Below, one piece after another: positions 1 through 14,800 of a stretch of 64,000 nucleotides of DNA. The notes under the pieces are model-generated. The model saw only the letters and a list, made by a program, of their open reading frames with translations, was not told the origin of the DNA and ran no database searches. This DNA is from Camelus dromedarius (Eukaryota): NCBI RefSeq assembly GCF_036321535.1, contig NC_087436.1, forward strand, positions 84,880,001 through 84,944,000, in the 5' to 3' direction. A program made the translations under genes and the position numbers. Position 1 is the first letter of the stretch. Each line of letters opens with the position of its first letter.

Positions 1-460
1 CCAGAAGTGGAATTGCTGGATCATATGTTAGCTCTATTTTTAGTTTTTTGAGAAACTTCCATACTGTTTTCCATAGTGGCTGCACCAATTTAAATTCCCA
101 CCAACAGTGCATGCAGGTTCCCTTTTTTCTACATCCTCCCCAATACTTGCTATTTCTTGTCTTTTTGGTAATAGCTATTCTAACTGGTGTGAGGTGATAT
201 CTCATTGTGGTTTTGGTTTGCATTTCTCTTGATGATTAATGATATTGAGCATCTTTTTATGTACCCATTGGCCATCTGTATGTCTTTTATGGAAAAATGT
301 CTATTCAGATCTTTTGCCCGTTTTAAAATCAGATTGTATATTTTCTTGCTATTGAATTGTATGAGTTCTTCATGTATTTTGGATATCAGTCCTAATCAGA
401 TATATGATTTGCAAATATTTTCTACCATTGAGTAGGTTGCCTTTTCATTTTGTTATGGCA
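1..460 (-). mobile_element. L1 fragment (ORF2 3' end)
   Basis: Typical antisense L1 text (ccatactgttttccatagtggctgcacc...gagcatctttttatgtacc). Confidence 0.85.
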
Positions 461-469
461 GCCATTTTG

Positions 470-2900
470 TTTTGTTTGAAGCATCCTAACTTACAGAATG
501 TCCCCCAATTTGGATTTGTCCTTTGTTTTCTCATGGTTAGACAAAGGTTATGTATTTGGGGGAAGAACAGTACAGAGGTGAGGTGCCTTTCTCAGTGCAT
601 CGTATCATATCTCGACATTGGTATGTCCCATTACTACTGGTAAAATTTACCTCGATCCCTGTTTAAGGGATTGTCTATCAGATGTCTGCCACTATAATGT
701 TACTATTTTCCCCTCTTTTAGTCAACAAATATTTTAGGAGAAGCACTTTGAGGCTATGAAAATATTCTATTTCTCCTTAAACTTTCACTCATTAATTTTA
801 GTATTCATTTATTGATCTCATCTGCAGCAATTACTACTATGGTGCTTTGATGGTGATTTTCTATTTTCCTCATTTTTTTTTTCTACATTTACTAGTTTCC
901 CTCATTCCTTCTACTTTTATTATTTGAAACTATACCATAAGGAAGAATTTTTCTTTCTTCCCTCATTCATTTTTTTTGTTAGTATGGGCTCAGGTATTTA
1001 CTTTATTCTTTGAGTGATGTTCCAGTACTTCCTTATTTGTTTTGTTGCTCAAATTTTTCCAGCACTAGCCATTGACAACTATTTCAAATTGTTTCCTGTG
1101 TCTTTTTGCTCTCATTTTTTTTTTCTAAAGCACTTCCTTATCCTCTGGCACCTAGATATTCTGGCTTACCTAGTATTTTCCTTGCCCGAGCCATTCTCAA
1201 GTAACTCTGCGTCCTTTTATAAGAGAATGGTATTTCAAAATGATCTTTAGCTTTTGTTTCAGAATGGTAGATGTCAACAGTTTTAAATGTTTTACTATGA
1301 AAAATTTAAAACATACCCAAAAGTAGAGAGACTGGTATAATAAACTCCCATGGATTCTTCATCCAGTTTCAATAATGGTTACACCAATCGTATTTTAAAT
1401 TGTTCTCCATTTTTCATTCCTGCAGAATTTGACAGTAAATCCTCACTTCATGCTGTATCACCAGTAAATATCCTAGTATCTAACTGTCTTATCTAATTTA
1501 TAAAGACTTTTATAAAACATACCCATCACAACCTTATGACACTTAACAAAATTAGTGATTATTCCTTAATATCTAATATTCTCCAAATTCAACTTTCCCT
1601 TATGGTTTCAAAACAGTCTTTTTTACACTTGGTATATTCAAATCAGGGTCTAAACCATGTTCACATGCTGTATTTGGATGTTACCTTTCTTAAGTCTCTT
1701 TTATCTTAAGGAATAAGATAATAAACAGTTTTTCTATCCACCCTTCCCTTTCCCCGCCACACACACACATACTTTAAATAATTGATTTGTAGAGAAATGG
1801 AGTCATTGGTGCTGTAGAATTTCATTCTTCATTTGGTTGTCATTTAGCTTATTCCTTCATTCCCCATATTTCCTAAAACTCAGTAACTAAACCTAGGAGA
1901 CTGATTAGATTCACATTCATTTTTCAGATTAGTCTCCTTCATTGGTGGCGTGTGTACATCTTACCACATCACATAATGAGCACGTAGGGCTGGCTGACCC
2001 ATTTTTAGTGATACTAAGATTACTTACTGGGTTTGGGTGGAGTCAGCCTGCTCCTTCCATTATAAAGTTCCCCATAACCTTTTACCTAATGGTTTTTAAC
2101 ATTCATTGGTAATTGTTGCCTAAATCCATAATTTCATTAGTCATTGAAAAATGGTAATTTTCTAGTTCTATCATTCCTACTGCATTGACTATTGGAAATT
2201 CTTCTTTAAAACTTCCTCTTATCGTCTGTTACCTGAAATACAGTTTCTACAGGAAAGGTAAGATACATGCTTGAGTCTTTCCTTTATTTATTGATTTTCA
2301 GATGTTCCAATGATGACAAATGAGATTTTTTTTTAAGTATTATGAAATTCATGGGCTGAAATATATTTTTGTGTTTTATTATACTATATTATAGTCATTT
2401 TCCTTCTTATGCTCAAATTGTCCTATCTTAGGCCAGTGGAAGCTACTTCAAGTTGGCTCCTGTGTCCTTGGACTGACCCCAGTTGACTTTAATAGCTTCC
2501 TTTTTTCCTGGTACATCAAGATATCCCATGTTCATCTTGTACATTTTCTGTCCCAGACCTAGAATCAGTAATTTCTTTAAACAGTCTTCATTCTTTTCAG
2601 TGGTAAACAGCATTTATAGAACACTCTTGCATACTAAGATGCTCATTGCTCACAATGCCTTTGCTTCAAAGTCTCAGTGGGCCAATCTAGGAAATGCAAG
2701 CTTATTTTTCTTAAAGAGAAATTTATATTAATAAGTTTATATTAATATTTCCAGTTAAATTTGCCATTAGAGGATTTTAATTTCTTTGATTTTATACATA
2801 TATTCTATTAAACTTAAAATCTCAGTTTCTAATGACATTAACATGATAACATATGCTCAATCCTACAATATTCAATACTCCTATGATAGTGTCAAAATAA
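470..2900 (-). mobile_element. Old degraded L1M 3' UTR fragments
   Basis: T-rich, diverged L1MC/MD/ME-like text. Boundaries approximate. Confidence 0.5.
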
Positions 2901-3019
2901 CACTACCAAATATATTAACAGTTAAATTTCTGAATATGGTTTTTGGTTTGATGGATTTTGAGAAATGTATATAATTATGTAACCACCACTATAATCAAGA
3001 GATTTCTGAATATACAAAT

Positions 3020-3400
3020 GGACAATGGCTAGACCATATGTAAAAATAGAACTCTGACCTACAACCTGCAGCAACCAGCTGATGAAGCCAACCGAGTATG
3101 TGTAATAACCAGTCCAGGAAGTCAAACTACTATCTGTAGCAACTAATCTAGAAAGCCAAATAATAATCTCTATGGTAATGGGCCCCAAGTGGCCAGTACT
3201 TGATTAATAAGCCAGCTTCCCTAATTTTGGCCCCCACTTCCAACTTAGGACCAACTAGAGAAAGCCATATATGCACCTGTAACCAGTCACCTAGCATGCC
3301 CAGCTTCTAGTTAGCCCATTTACACCTCCCCCATGCCAGTGGCCTCCAATCAGGGCACACCTGCAGGCTTCTCTATTTTCCACTTTGTACTGCTGCCTGG
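3020..3400 (+). mobile_element. ERV LTR-like fragment
   Basis: LTR-type text (aaaatagaactctgacc...aaccagtccaggaagtcaaac...ccaatcagggcacacctg). Family not determined. Confidence 0.5.
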
Positions 3401-4129
3401 GACTGTATGTGTATTTGTACCATAGTTTATTCAACTGATCCTCTAATAATGGATATTTGGGCTATTTGAAATATTTCACTTTTATAAACAATGTCACATG
3501 CCTTATGCATGTATCATTCTGTATCTTTGCCAAAGTACCTTTGAGATGGAGTCTTAGATAAAATTAAATTGCCAGGTAAGAGTCAATGTACATGTAATTC
3601 TGCAAGCTATTGCCAAATTCCTCTTCTATGGGATTCCTTTCTTGCATTTCCAACAGCAGTGAATGAGAGGACCCGTTTTCCCATTTCCAATATAATGTTG
3701 TCAAAGTTTTGGATTTTTTCTAGTCTGATCCAAACAGGATCACACTGTATATTTAATTTAAATTTCTCTTATTATGGGCAAAGTTGAGCATCTTTTCATA
3801 TATTTAAATGTCACTTGCAGTTCTTTTCCTATGAAATGTCTGTTCATATCTTTTACTAATTTTTCAGCAAACTACAGTTAGTCTTTTTAACTCCTCAATT
3901 TTAGGAGCACTCTGTATATGAAGGATATGTGCATTGTTATACAGCTTGCAGTTTTTTCCAGTTTGTCATTTGATTAGTTTTTTCATGCAAAGTCTTCTTA
4001 TATTTATGTAGTTATATTACTCATTTTAATTGCTTCTGAATTTGAGTGATAGCTGAGTTTCCTCCAGTCTCAGTTTATAAAAATATTCACTCATGTTTTC
4101 TTCTAGGAGACTTAAAGTGGTCATTTTTC

Positions 4130-5825
4130 CTTTTTAACAGGTTTATTGATGTATAATGCACATACCATATAACTCACCCATTTAAGGTGTTCAGTTCAAT
4201 GATTTTTAGCATGTTACATTGATATTTTTCAAAATTATGGTATTATATCTGTAACATTAAATTTGCCATTGAAAAATGTACAATTCAGCAGCATTAATTA
4301 TATTTACAGTGTTGTGCAATCATCACCACCATCTATTTCCAAAACTTTTTCATCATCCCGAACAGGAATTCTAACAGTTCAGCAATAACTCCCCATTCCT
4401 TCCTCCTCCCAGTCCCTGGTAACCTCTAATCTACCTTCTGCCTCATATTTTGTCTATTCTAGATATTTCATATAAGTGGAATCATACAATATTTGTCCTT
4501 TTGTATCTGGCTTATTCCACTTAGCATATTTTCAATGTTCAGCCGTGTTGTAGCTTGTATCAAAACTTCATTGCTTTTTATAGCAGAATAATATTCCACT
4601 GTATGGATATACCACATTTTATTTATCCATTCATCTGTTGATGGACACTTGGGTTATTTCCATCTTTGGCACACAATATCCACAACAGTGGATAATGCTG
4701 TGATGAACATTGGTGTCCAAACACCTATTCAAGTCCCTGCTTTCTGTTTCTTTGTGTATATCTAGGAATGGAATTGCTAGGTCTTTGGGTAATTCTGTAT
4801 TTAGCTTTTTGAGGAAGAAAGCTTTTCTGCAGTGTTTTCCATGGTGGCTATACCATTTTACTTTCCCACAAGCAATGTATGAGGATTCAAATTTCTCCAC
4901 ATCTTTGCCAACACTTGTTTTTTTGTGTGTGTGTGTTTTAAAATAACCAACCTAGTAGTTGAGAAGTGGTATCTCCTTTTGGTTCTGATTTGCGTTTCTC
5001 TACTGACTAATGATGTTTGAGCGCCTTTTCTTGCGCTTATTGTATATATTCTTTGTCTATTCAGGTTTCTTGTCTATGTTTTAATTGCGTCTTTTTGTTA
5101 CTGAGTTGTAGGAGATCTTTATATTAAACCTTGTCAAATATACAATTTGCAAGTATTTTCTTTCATTCTTTAATTTTTTTTCACTTTCTTGATATTATTC
5201 TTTGATGCTTTTTCTTTTGTTTTTCATGCTTTTGATATCATAAAAATCCATTGCCAAATCCAAGGTCCTGAAGATTTACCCCTCCATTTTCTTCCAGGAG
5301 TTTTATGGTTTCATGTTTTACATCCATTCTTTAATCCATTTTAAATATTTTTATGTATGGCGTAAGATGGGGGTCGAGTTTCATTCTTTTGCATGTAGAT
5401 ATCCAGGTGTCCCAGTACCATTTGTTGAAGAGATTATTCTTTCCCCTTTGAATGAACTTGGCACCCTTGTCAAAAATCAACTAACCATAGATGTATGGAT
5501 TGATTTCTGGACTCTCAATTTTATTCCGTTTGTTTATATGTCTATCTTTATGCTTTGATTACTATAGCTTTGTAGTAAGTTTTGAAATTGGGAGGTGTGA
5601 GTCCTTCAACTTTGTAATTCTTTTTCAAGATTGTTTGCCTATGTAGGGCCCCTTATAACTCCATATGAATTTGAGGATTGACTTTTCCTTTCTGCAAAAA
5701 AAAGCCATTGGAATTTTATAGGGTTTACGTTGGTCTGCAGATCGCTTTGGGTAGTATTGACATCTTGACAATATTAAATCTTCCTATCCATGAACACAGG
5801 ATGTATTTCCATTTATTTAGGCCTT
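4130..5825 (-). mobile_element. L1 (L1MA/MB-like) 3' portion
   Basis: Antisense L1 3' UTR followed by ORF2 C-terminal remnants. Confidence 0.85.
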
Positions 5826-5964
5826 TCAAAGTACTTCATGGTACTTTTTAGTAGAATACTAATTTAGGCAAAATCATCCAAAGTTACCAAAGAACGCATA
5901 GGGAAGTGTCCCAGATACTGAATGATTGTGTTAAAATATTTCACTGCAACTAACAAAGCATTAC

Positions 5965-5970
5965 TTTATT
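5965..5970 (-). terminator. Probable EXOC1L polyadenylation signal AATAAA
   Basis: tttatt on the + strand about 110 nt downstream of the EXOC1L stop, just before an L1 block. Confidence 0.6.
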
Positions 5971-6081
5971 TTCATGTAAGTAATAGTCACTGATGAAGGG
6001 AAAAAACAAAGTCATGACTATCAATATTTATATAGGGAACTATTTTCACAGAATACTGATGAAGGAACATGGTGTACATGT

Positions 6082-6348
6082 TCAGAGCGGCAGGGGACAC
6101 AGGGACAAGCACACTAGATTGAAAGCATAAAAGCATATTCTCATAAGGACCAAGCAATCCTTGTTGTTGGAGGACCAAATGGAATCATCATTAATGTAAG
6201 TAGAATCAAAGTTCACAATCTGTAAGTCTTTCTTAAGATATGCATGATTCAGCTTGTTTACAGTTCGAGCAAAGGCATATTTAGAGGCACAACTATATGC
6301 TTCCAAACTGTACACTTTCTTGAAGTGCAGATCAAAAAATGGATTGTC
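6082..6348 (-). CDS. EXOC1L: EXOC1L coding exon 3 ([26 protein letters not shown]...CLSLCPLPL*)
   Basis: Acceptor ttttctcttctAG then GAC AAT CCA. 267 nt to the stop at 6082-6084. Spliced total is 172 aa with no disruptions. Confidence 0.95.
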
Positions 6349-8075
6349 CTAGAAGAGAAAAAGAGACATAATTTTGTTTGTAGCCAGGAACGTAGCTTGA
6401 TCTCCTGGATTCTCTCATATTCTCTGATGTATGCTTATTAATTATGAAGTCTCAGTAAAAAACATATTTCCAAAATCTACAAATGAGCTTTCCAAAGCTA
6501 CCTGCTTCAAATATATTGCTTCTAAAAAGAACAAATAAGAAAGATTATTTTTGACGCATTTGTGATTTTTCAATTATGCAAATAAAACATGAGTCGGAAT
6601 GTGCAGTTATCAAGTCTTCCTAGGCTAGTGACTTTGAGAGGATGGGTGGGGATGGAAAAAAAGAATAAACCCACTTACAGACTTCCACAGGGGAGAAAGG
6701 GGTTCTCTTTTTCTCTACTAGGAGGTCAGTCCCTTGTGCTATTTCAGTGGTAGAAAGGGGATATATAGAATAGCTAATTAGCCTTTGGCATATAACAGAT
6801 CACCAACTTGCTGGCTTTGAAGTTAATAGCAAGGAATTACTTTTAAAATTAATGGCAAGGATCATTAAAATTACTAAAGACTGACTCTTCCTGGATTGCT
6901 CTAGGCTCTATAATTCTAGTGGAGATGTTTCAGGGAAAAAGTAGGCATCAAATCTGATCTAGGTCCTACATGTTAAAATAATAATAATTGCCAGTTACTA
7001 ATAGCAGTAACAACAATATCTTGCATTTAAAAAGTGCTTTTCAGTTTACAAAATGCTTTCACAGTCATTATCTGCCTAACTCTTAACTCTCCTTGAGGGC
7101 AGAGGTTTTGAATTATTTATTTTTTGTGTTCCTGGTGCTTATCCATGGCAACTACTGAGTTCTCAACAAATGTGTGTTGAAGTGATCTGAAGTAGTCCTA
7201 TAAAAAGAGAAATAGAGGTAAACATTGCCCTAAATGACAAGGAGGTAGAGAGAGACCAAACCAAACAAGTGTATTAATAATTTGTTACCATGTGGTGTCT
7301 AAAGATCATATACAAACAACTTGTGCACTTGCCGTTTCTTTTAAGTAGGAAAATTCTTACAAGAGACAGGAAAAAGAACATGGGTTTCGATGTCAGACAA
7401 CCATTTTGACTCTTACGTAACCATGGGCAAGGTACTTACCTGATCTGACTCTCCCTTTTTAGGCAGGGTTGCTATGAAGTTTACTTGAGATTAATCATAT
7501 AAACTGTGACATTACTATGGAGCTTAAGAAATGATAGTTCCCTTTTCCCAAATCTGCCCCCAAGATTGTGATACTGGTGTTAATACCACCTTGCTTTATA
7601 CTATTAAATTTTTTTAAAAAACAAAACAACATTTAAAAAAAAGAATATACAAAGGTTATGTGATTTTAAGCGCAGTGTTCGCCTAGTCACACCTCGTGAA
7701 ATTTTTCCTAGCTGTCGTAATTGCAGATGGAAAGACACTTCTGCAGAGAATCTCAGCAAAAGGAAATCACACCCATTCCATCACCAGATACTAATCAGGC
7801 ACCTTATGTAGTTTCCTCACTGAAACATTTGCTCCTTATCATGTAGAAAATATCCTTTATATGTTTGAGAGGATTAATTTTTTTCCATTAGCCTAATAAT
7901 TGAAGCTTAATCAGGAATAAACGTAGAATACAAGTCCATCCCTCTCTCCCTTCCTTCCCTCTTTCTTTCTTCTCTTTCTTTCTCTCCCCTTTCTTCTCTC
8001 TTTCTTTTGATAGAATCTTAGAGCTAAAAAGGAATCGCACAGTTCATTCAGTAATCTCTTGTTTATATACATGAT

Positions 8076-8117
8076 TATAATATAATATAATATAATATAA
8101 TATAATATAATATAATA
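8076..8117 (+). repeat. (TATAA)n pentanucleotide microsatellite
   Basis: About 8 perfect TATAA units. Confidence 0.95.
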
Positions 8118-9439
8118 GTGAATAATAGTTTCCAGAGAGGTGAAGGCCAGGTCACACATGTAGTTACTGGCAGAGCCAAGACAAGAACCAGGATCTCAAT
8201 CAACCCAACCCCTTTTTTTGCTACATCATCCTCTCTCTCATTACACCACATCAGTCTCCAAATCCCCAGTCATTTTGATTTCTGCTTTATAAATTGACTT
8301 CAATTTCAATTCCATTCCATTTTAAGGTTGACAACTTTCTGGCTTGAAATAGCTCTGTTTAAAACTGTATTGTTGCTATTGAGAAAAATATAATAAATGC
8401 TGACTCCTGAGGATTCAATTCCAAGGGGGAGGAGAAGTGGAAATTCCCAAAACAACTGAAATATTTTTACTTCATCCACAGAAGAGAAATATTTTAAAGG
8501 AATTACTCTTTGGATATTATAGGTTTTCTTCTGGCCGTTTAATATTTTAGGTCCTAAAGTGATGAGAAAAATAGAAATACTAAATTTCTCTCTTGTATCT
8601 AGTTCACTGTCAAAGGTAATGATCTTCAAATGGGAGAGGGAAAAAACAACAACATAGAAATGGAATTAAAGGCCAGAAAGGTGAAGAGAAAGTAAAGCAG
8701 AGCTAGCTGCTTCCAATGAATCTGTTGATTGATTAATTCATCCCCCAGCACTGACCAAATGCATAAAAATAATTATGACATCAGTAATATTTGAGAACTT
8801 GAGAGAAAAAATAAGAAAGTGATCAGAAAAGAAGGTGGGGATGGTTAATTCCTGAAACTACAGATTAGTGAACTTGACATTGATTTCTGGTAAAATTCAA
8901 TACAGTATAGAAATTTTGGCAAATACATAAAAGTATATAGACGAAAGTAATTTCAAAATTTGTCATCCTATTACACAGAGCTAATTATTGTCAAAGTAGT
9001 GATTTGTTTCATATATACATATACACATACATATACCTATATATATTTTTGTATTAAAATATAAGGTTCAGATTTCAATTTTCAATACTATGATAGACTA
9101 AATATGCAGAATGAGATAATATTATGGAAAAGTTTTGTATTTGGCTGACTTTTAAAAAAACATATTAAATGGTGAACAATTGTGTTCTAAGCTATCTTTG
9201 GGAAACATGATTTTTAATAGCTATGTAATGTTCCAGCATACTGACATGCAAAAACATATTTAATTATTTCCTAAGTGTTGAACATTTAGGTAGAATGTAT
9301 TGAAAAATGCTGTGATTACTTAGGAAAGAAAGCAATAAAATCCAGCATGCTTTCACTAAGAAGTCATGCCAAACACACAAGATTTTAAAAATAGGATTCG
9401 TAGGTGATAAGGCAATAGCAGATAACATATACTGATTTA

Positions 9440-9542
9440 TATGAAAATGAATATATGTATGTATATGCATGACTGGGACATTGTGCTGTACACCAGAAAT
9501 TGACACATTATAACTGACAGTACTTCAATTTAAAAAAATAAA
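9440..9542 (+). mobile_element. Short L1 3'-end insertion with A-tail
   Basis: gactgggacattgtgctgtacaccagaaattgacac...acttcaatt followed by an A-rich tail; artiodactyl-type L1 terminus. Confidence 0.7.
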
Positions 9543-9764
9543 CATGTACTGATTTCATTAAAGATCTTAAGGGCAACATTTAGATATTCAGACTAGATAA
9601 TTAAATAAGGCAGAATTAAGTGCTAGTGTCTGTCTAACTTACCATTGTATCCTCAGAGCCTAGCATGGTATACTGTAAATTCTCAGTGCATGACTGAGTA
9701 TATGAAATTGTAGAGATAGCAAATGACCAGTCCAAAGAAGACAAATGAACAGATTTCAAGGTAA

Positions 9765-9960
9765 AGTCTAGCTCCATCACTAAATAGTTATTTGACTTCC
9801 AGCAAGTCAGTTAGTCTCTTTATGTCTCATTTTCCTCATCTGTAAATCAGGAGTAATAATAGAGTCTAATTCTTGGGTTTTTGTGATCAATTATGTGAAA
9901 TTATATATGGAAAGAGCTTTGCCTGGTTCCTGGCACCTGATAAGGGTTTACTAAGTATGA
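9765..9960 (+). mobile_element. MIR SINE
   Basis: MIR core-like text (tctctttatgtctcattttcctcatctgtaaa...). Confidence 0.7.
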
Positions 9961-10699
9961 GATGGTAGCAGGTAGTAGTAGTAGTGGTAATAGTAGTAGT
10001 GCTGTTAATCTATCTGTTACCTAGAGGTATGCACTTAGCCCTGCCTCTTCATCATTTTTATTATTGACTTGAATAAAGTCTTAAATGTTGTGCTCATTTA
10101 CTCTGTGTCATACTACAGTGAATATTAAAAACTCAAAATATTAAAAGATTTGATAGGTGGGAACAACAGGCCAAACTAAAAATATGGCATTAGGAGGATA
10201 AGGATAAATGAGTTTAAGTTCTAACTCATCCGACAATAACAGAAATATTTACTGAGTGCCTAAAATCTATCAGGCAGAAGACTACACTAAAAGGTGAAAG
10301 GTCATCATTGCTGTTTACTAGGAGCTTTCCATTCAGGGGGGAGACAGAGTAAGCCAATTACTGCAGTTTGTTGGACTGTTTTTATCCACAATGCAGTGGG
10401 GTTATAGGACAGGGGGACATGAGTAGGACTTTATCCCACAGGGAATCTGGGAATGGGTTGAGGGATAGAGGTGATTGGGCATTTTAAGCCCCAAGAATCA
10501 GTAGTCAAACACTGTGGATATATAAGTTTAAGGAGGAATGACCAGAGATAAAGGGGCCAGATCATCAGGGGCCTTTATTGAGATTTTATTCTATATACAT
10601 AGAAGGAGTGGCAGACCAGGTTAAATGGTAATTCATGACCCAAAGACCTGAGGTCTCAGTTAAGGGTTTAATAGAAATAAGGAATCTGGGTCAACGAAA

Positions 10700-11200
10700 T
10701 ACAAACTGGTCACACTAATTCTAATGTATTGTATTTAATTCTGGAAAAACTGGAGCATTCCAGAGGACAGGAAATAGCATGGTAAAGGGTGTTGAGGCAA
10801 TGTCATGGGAAAAAATAATAACAGTGCTATTACCTCTTAGTGTTTGTGTTTTCCTGTCATATTATCTTATTTAATCTGCATATGAATGTTATTTAAAGAG
10901 TGAAATGGATATATTGACCCTAGAAAATAGAAAACTTGAGGGAACATTATAATCATCTTCAAATTTTGGAAAGGTTGCTACATGAAAGGAGGGTTGGATT
11001 TGTTCTGGTTGCTCCAAATGGCAACACTAGGACTGATGGGAAGCTGTTAGAGTGAAGCAGATTTTGGTTAAACGTAAGAAGGAAATGTGAAAATAAAGAA
11101 TGGTAATTCAGAGAAGGAATGGAGCTCCTCGTAGTGAATTCCCTCCATCAGTAGAAGAGTTCAAAGGGAGACTGGAAAAACCACTTTCAAGTGGTCACAT
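10700..11200 (+). mobile_element. L3/CR1 LINE 3' relic
   Basis: CR1-like text (ctggagcattccagagg...agaaaacttgaggg...atcttcaaattttggaaagg...gagttcaaagggagactgga). Confidence 0.6.
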
Positions 11201-11671
11201 GAGAAATTCAAGTACACCCTCTTTTCTCTCTTTCAGCACTAAGGTTGTAGGACTTCCAAGAGTTACTGATCCTTCTGGAGGATCAGGTGGCTGACCAACT
11301 GCAAAATTTGAAGATGAGAGAAGGAATCCCCAAAACTTATGGAGGAAATCAGAGTGAGGAGAGAGTAGTGGTGGTGGGAGCATCATATATTTAAAGTTGC
11401 AGAACTGACTGGAAGATTGTGTTTAACCTGTTAAGAAGCCCTTGGGAAAGATGCTTTTAAGTCTAATAGGCAAAATCCAGATTTAAACTTATAAAAACAA
11501 AACAAACAAAAAAAAAACAGTAGATCATCCCAGTAGGTTCAGCCATACCACTTAAGAACCATATGTCATCTTAACACTTAATACATGCCAAAAATATATG
11601 AAGTAGGATATTGAACATAAAGATCTCCAGCATATTGATTCCACATCTCCCTTACAAAACATAACACTTAC

Positions 11672-11802
11672 TGTATCTGCTTCTTTTCCATCAATCATCT
11701 GTAGATCGTTCAAAGACCACTTTTTTGTTACTTCATATTTTTCATCTAAACCTATTCTGTAGTGTTTCACCATAATTATTTTTACTTCTTTATTTTTGGT
11801 CA
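11672..11802 (-). CDS. EXOC1L: EXOC1L coding exon 2 ([44 protein letters not shown])
   Basis: Acceptor ttctatcctacAG, donor ACA|GTAAGT. 131 nt, phase 1 in and phase 0 out, matching exons 1 and 3. W-x-L-x-D-L-x-x-I-D-G motif of the Sec3/EXOC1 N-terminal PH-like domain. Confidence 0.95.
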
Positions 11803-14800
11803 CTGTAGGATAGAAAAACACTTAGTTTACATAGACTCTTAGAAGATAATAAATTATTCATCAACCCATACTTTTCAGTATTTATGTACTTTCTTCTTGT
11901 ATAATGAGCTTGAACATACCTTATATCTGCACCCCAATTATGAACCCTGATGTATCTGAGCCTTCATAAGCATTCCCTCAAATTTCCCTCAAACTTGCTC
12001 AGTGTGTTAACATTATTTTTGCTACAGTTGTGGTTACACCCTGCCACAGTAATGCCTGTCAGGTACAATACCAAGCTATGTGCTTTCAGCTGTGAGCTTT
12101 GTGGTGGAGAATGGGGTTCAACTCAGGGCAGGAAATGAGAGGCTTAGCATTAGCATACAGTCAGTGCCAAAGTGTTTACCAGAACAAGTTGGAATTTTAA
12201 TTTATGACAATATAAGAAAATGAGGTCAGGAAAGTAAAAAGTTCTGCTCACACAGCAACCTGCTGTTGAAGAGTGACCATGCAGATACTACTGTTAGATT
12301 TTTGTTGTAGAAGTGCTTGCAACACAGCTACTGTTGACCTATTTGGTATTGTTTGAAAATTTTACACCTCTTTAATGTGTCTCCAAAATCCTAGTGTTCA
12401 AAAGGGTATCCACTATTCTCCTGATAGAATTATTACAAATGCCACAGAGGGTACAAGTATGAGACAAGGCCCCTCTAGAAACTTATGGCTTTGTTGAAGA
12501 GCAAAGGCTAACACACACACATCACATACGATATATATTATAAGGGTATACAGGTATGTTATAATGAAGTGGCAGTGGGAATTGAATATCTTAAATTTCT
12601 TTCAAGATGGGTGATGTCACTTAGAAAGTTGCAAGCTGGTTCTGTCTTCTAAGAGGGAGGCTGGAATTTGTCTTTGAGGAAGGTTCTCTTTTGGTTTTGG
12701 AAAGTACCACTTTGGCATGCTCTCCTACTTAAGAAGATATAAAACAATATATTACAATATAATCATAGTAGTAGATAAGCAATGTGGAGCAGACACTATG
12801 TTCAACAGGAGTTCGGAGAAGAGAAGGGACTGGAATAGTTAAGGAAGGAATTATGAGAAAAGTAGAATTGGAGCTAGAACTTTAAATTTAGTCCAGTTAG
12901 AAAGTCAGGGATGATACTAAAGGCATTCCAGGTGAAGGACACGATGAAAGGAGGGGACAATAGACACTGAACTTCACCAGGCAGAAATAGAGAGTGGACT
13001 ACATAGATTGGTTGGTGTTAGGACATGGTGGGCAATAAGATTAACCAGGTTGAGAAGGTTGTGAAAATGATTTGAAAAATGATGGAAACCACTGCAGATG
13101 TTTGATGTCTGAATCCCGCCTCTAGTGGAAGGGATGGGAGGCTGGCCTGGAGAGTGAGGGCTCCTGAGTTGGGACTGGTGAGGGGAGTAATTATCCGCTG
13201 AAAGTACAGGCGGTACTGAAATTCAGGCAACCAGTTGAGTTTAGAGTTCATAATGGAGCTGAGTTCAGTCTCCTAGGGAAGGAATTCTGAGCAGGTTGAC
13301 AAATCTAAGAAGAGGGCACTGTGTCCAGAGTTTAGTTAAGACTCTACGAGTCATACACATTAAATAAATCTCTTTCCTCCTTGAGCAGGAGACTAATACT
13401 GTGGCACCTTGTAAAAGGAGTAGTTTTCTGGAATCAGTGATGCCCAGGATATACTGAAGAGGAAAAGAAAAAGGAACTGGAGGTCCCTAGAAGAGGCAGG
13501 ATGTCTTAGTGGGCTCTGGCATTAGACAGTCTGGATTCAAATCATGACATTATTTCTTGTGGTGCAGTCTGAGTAAATTACTCAATCTCGAGAGAGATTA
13601 AACCTTAGTTTTCTCATTTTGTAAAGTGGTCGTCAGGGTGATACAAACTTACAGTGTATAAAGATGAAAGATGAAGTATATAAGTGCCTTAGGATAGTGC
13701 CTGGTTTATAGTAATTGTTCATCTTGTTGTTGTTGTTGTTTCATGAGGCTGTTCTTGTAATCCAGGCATAGGATGTGGGCAACAGAAATAGAAGTGGCAA
13801 ATCTATGTAAGATTTCAAACAAGGCATGGACAACACTGAAGGGAAATAACTCTAGACAGAAACCCAAACTAGGGAAGTATGGAGGCTGAGCTGGTTGGGT
13901 GGAATGGTGAGTGTGGTTTTTGATATACAGAAGAGGTGTCCATAAATTATCTCAGAAGAGAAGGAGATGGAAATTTATTGTTTAGGAATGGAGATACAGA
14001 CTTGGAATTTTTCTGTGTAGACAGGTTTCCAAGACTAGGTTTATAGGGAAAAGAGCAGAAGAAAGAGGTGAGACAGAGTGGAGAAGAAGACGATGCCAGC
14101 AGCGATGTCTGAGAAGATGCCATCAGAAAAGAGACAAGCCTCCAGTGCAATGCCATAGAAATCAACGATTTCAAAGATTTGGAGACAATCTCCTGAAGTC
14201 ACTTGGTTGGGTAAAAAGCAGAGCTCAGTTCTGGCACTGAATCTGACTTGGGGAAGATAATTGACTTTCATGAGGGCAGTTTCTCTAGAATGGAAAGGGC
14301 AGAAGACAGCTTGTGGGGGGCTCCCTCATGTCCTAATGAACATTGGGTGTGTATGGCTTGCCAGTTGCTGGGCTGGGCAGGCTTTAGAAAAAGAAATAGG
14401 AAGAGACTAAAGGCTATCATTTGGATCACATACCCCAAGAATTTGGAATAGGAGAGATTGCACATTTTGAGGACCGGAGGAATGACTGAGGCACATGTCC
14501 TGGAGGGGACCTAGTGTAGAAGATCTTATCCCTGGGTAAGAAAACTGGCTCAGAGTCTGTGAGTCTCCTGAAATTGTATGCAAAAGTTAGTGGGTTCCTA
14601 TCCATGTATACTTCTCCAGCCCTAAAAGAGATCCATTTCCACTGGCCTAGATGTTAGCTTTGGGAAGAGGAAAGGAGAAAAGAAGCCATTAGGCTGGTGT
14701 GTTGAAGTGGATTGTGTTACACTTACTACAAAGATCTTGGAGGCAGTTCTTTCCACCAGGAGGCAGTTGTCTGTCCAGACAAAGGCTCTACCTCCGAACC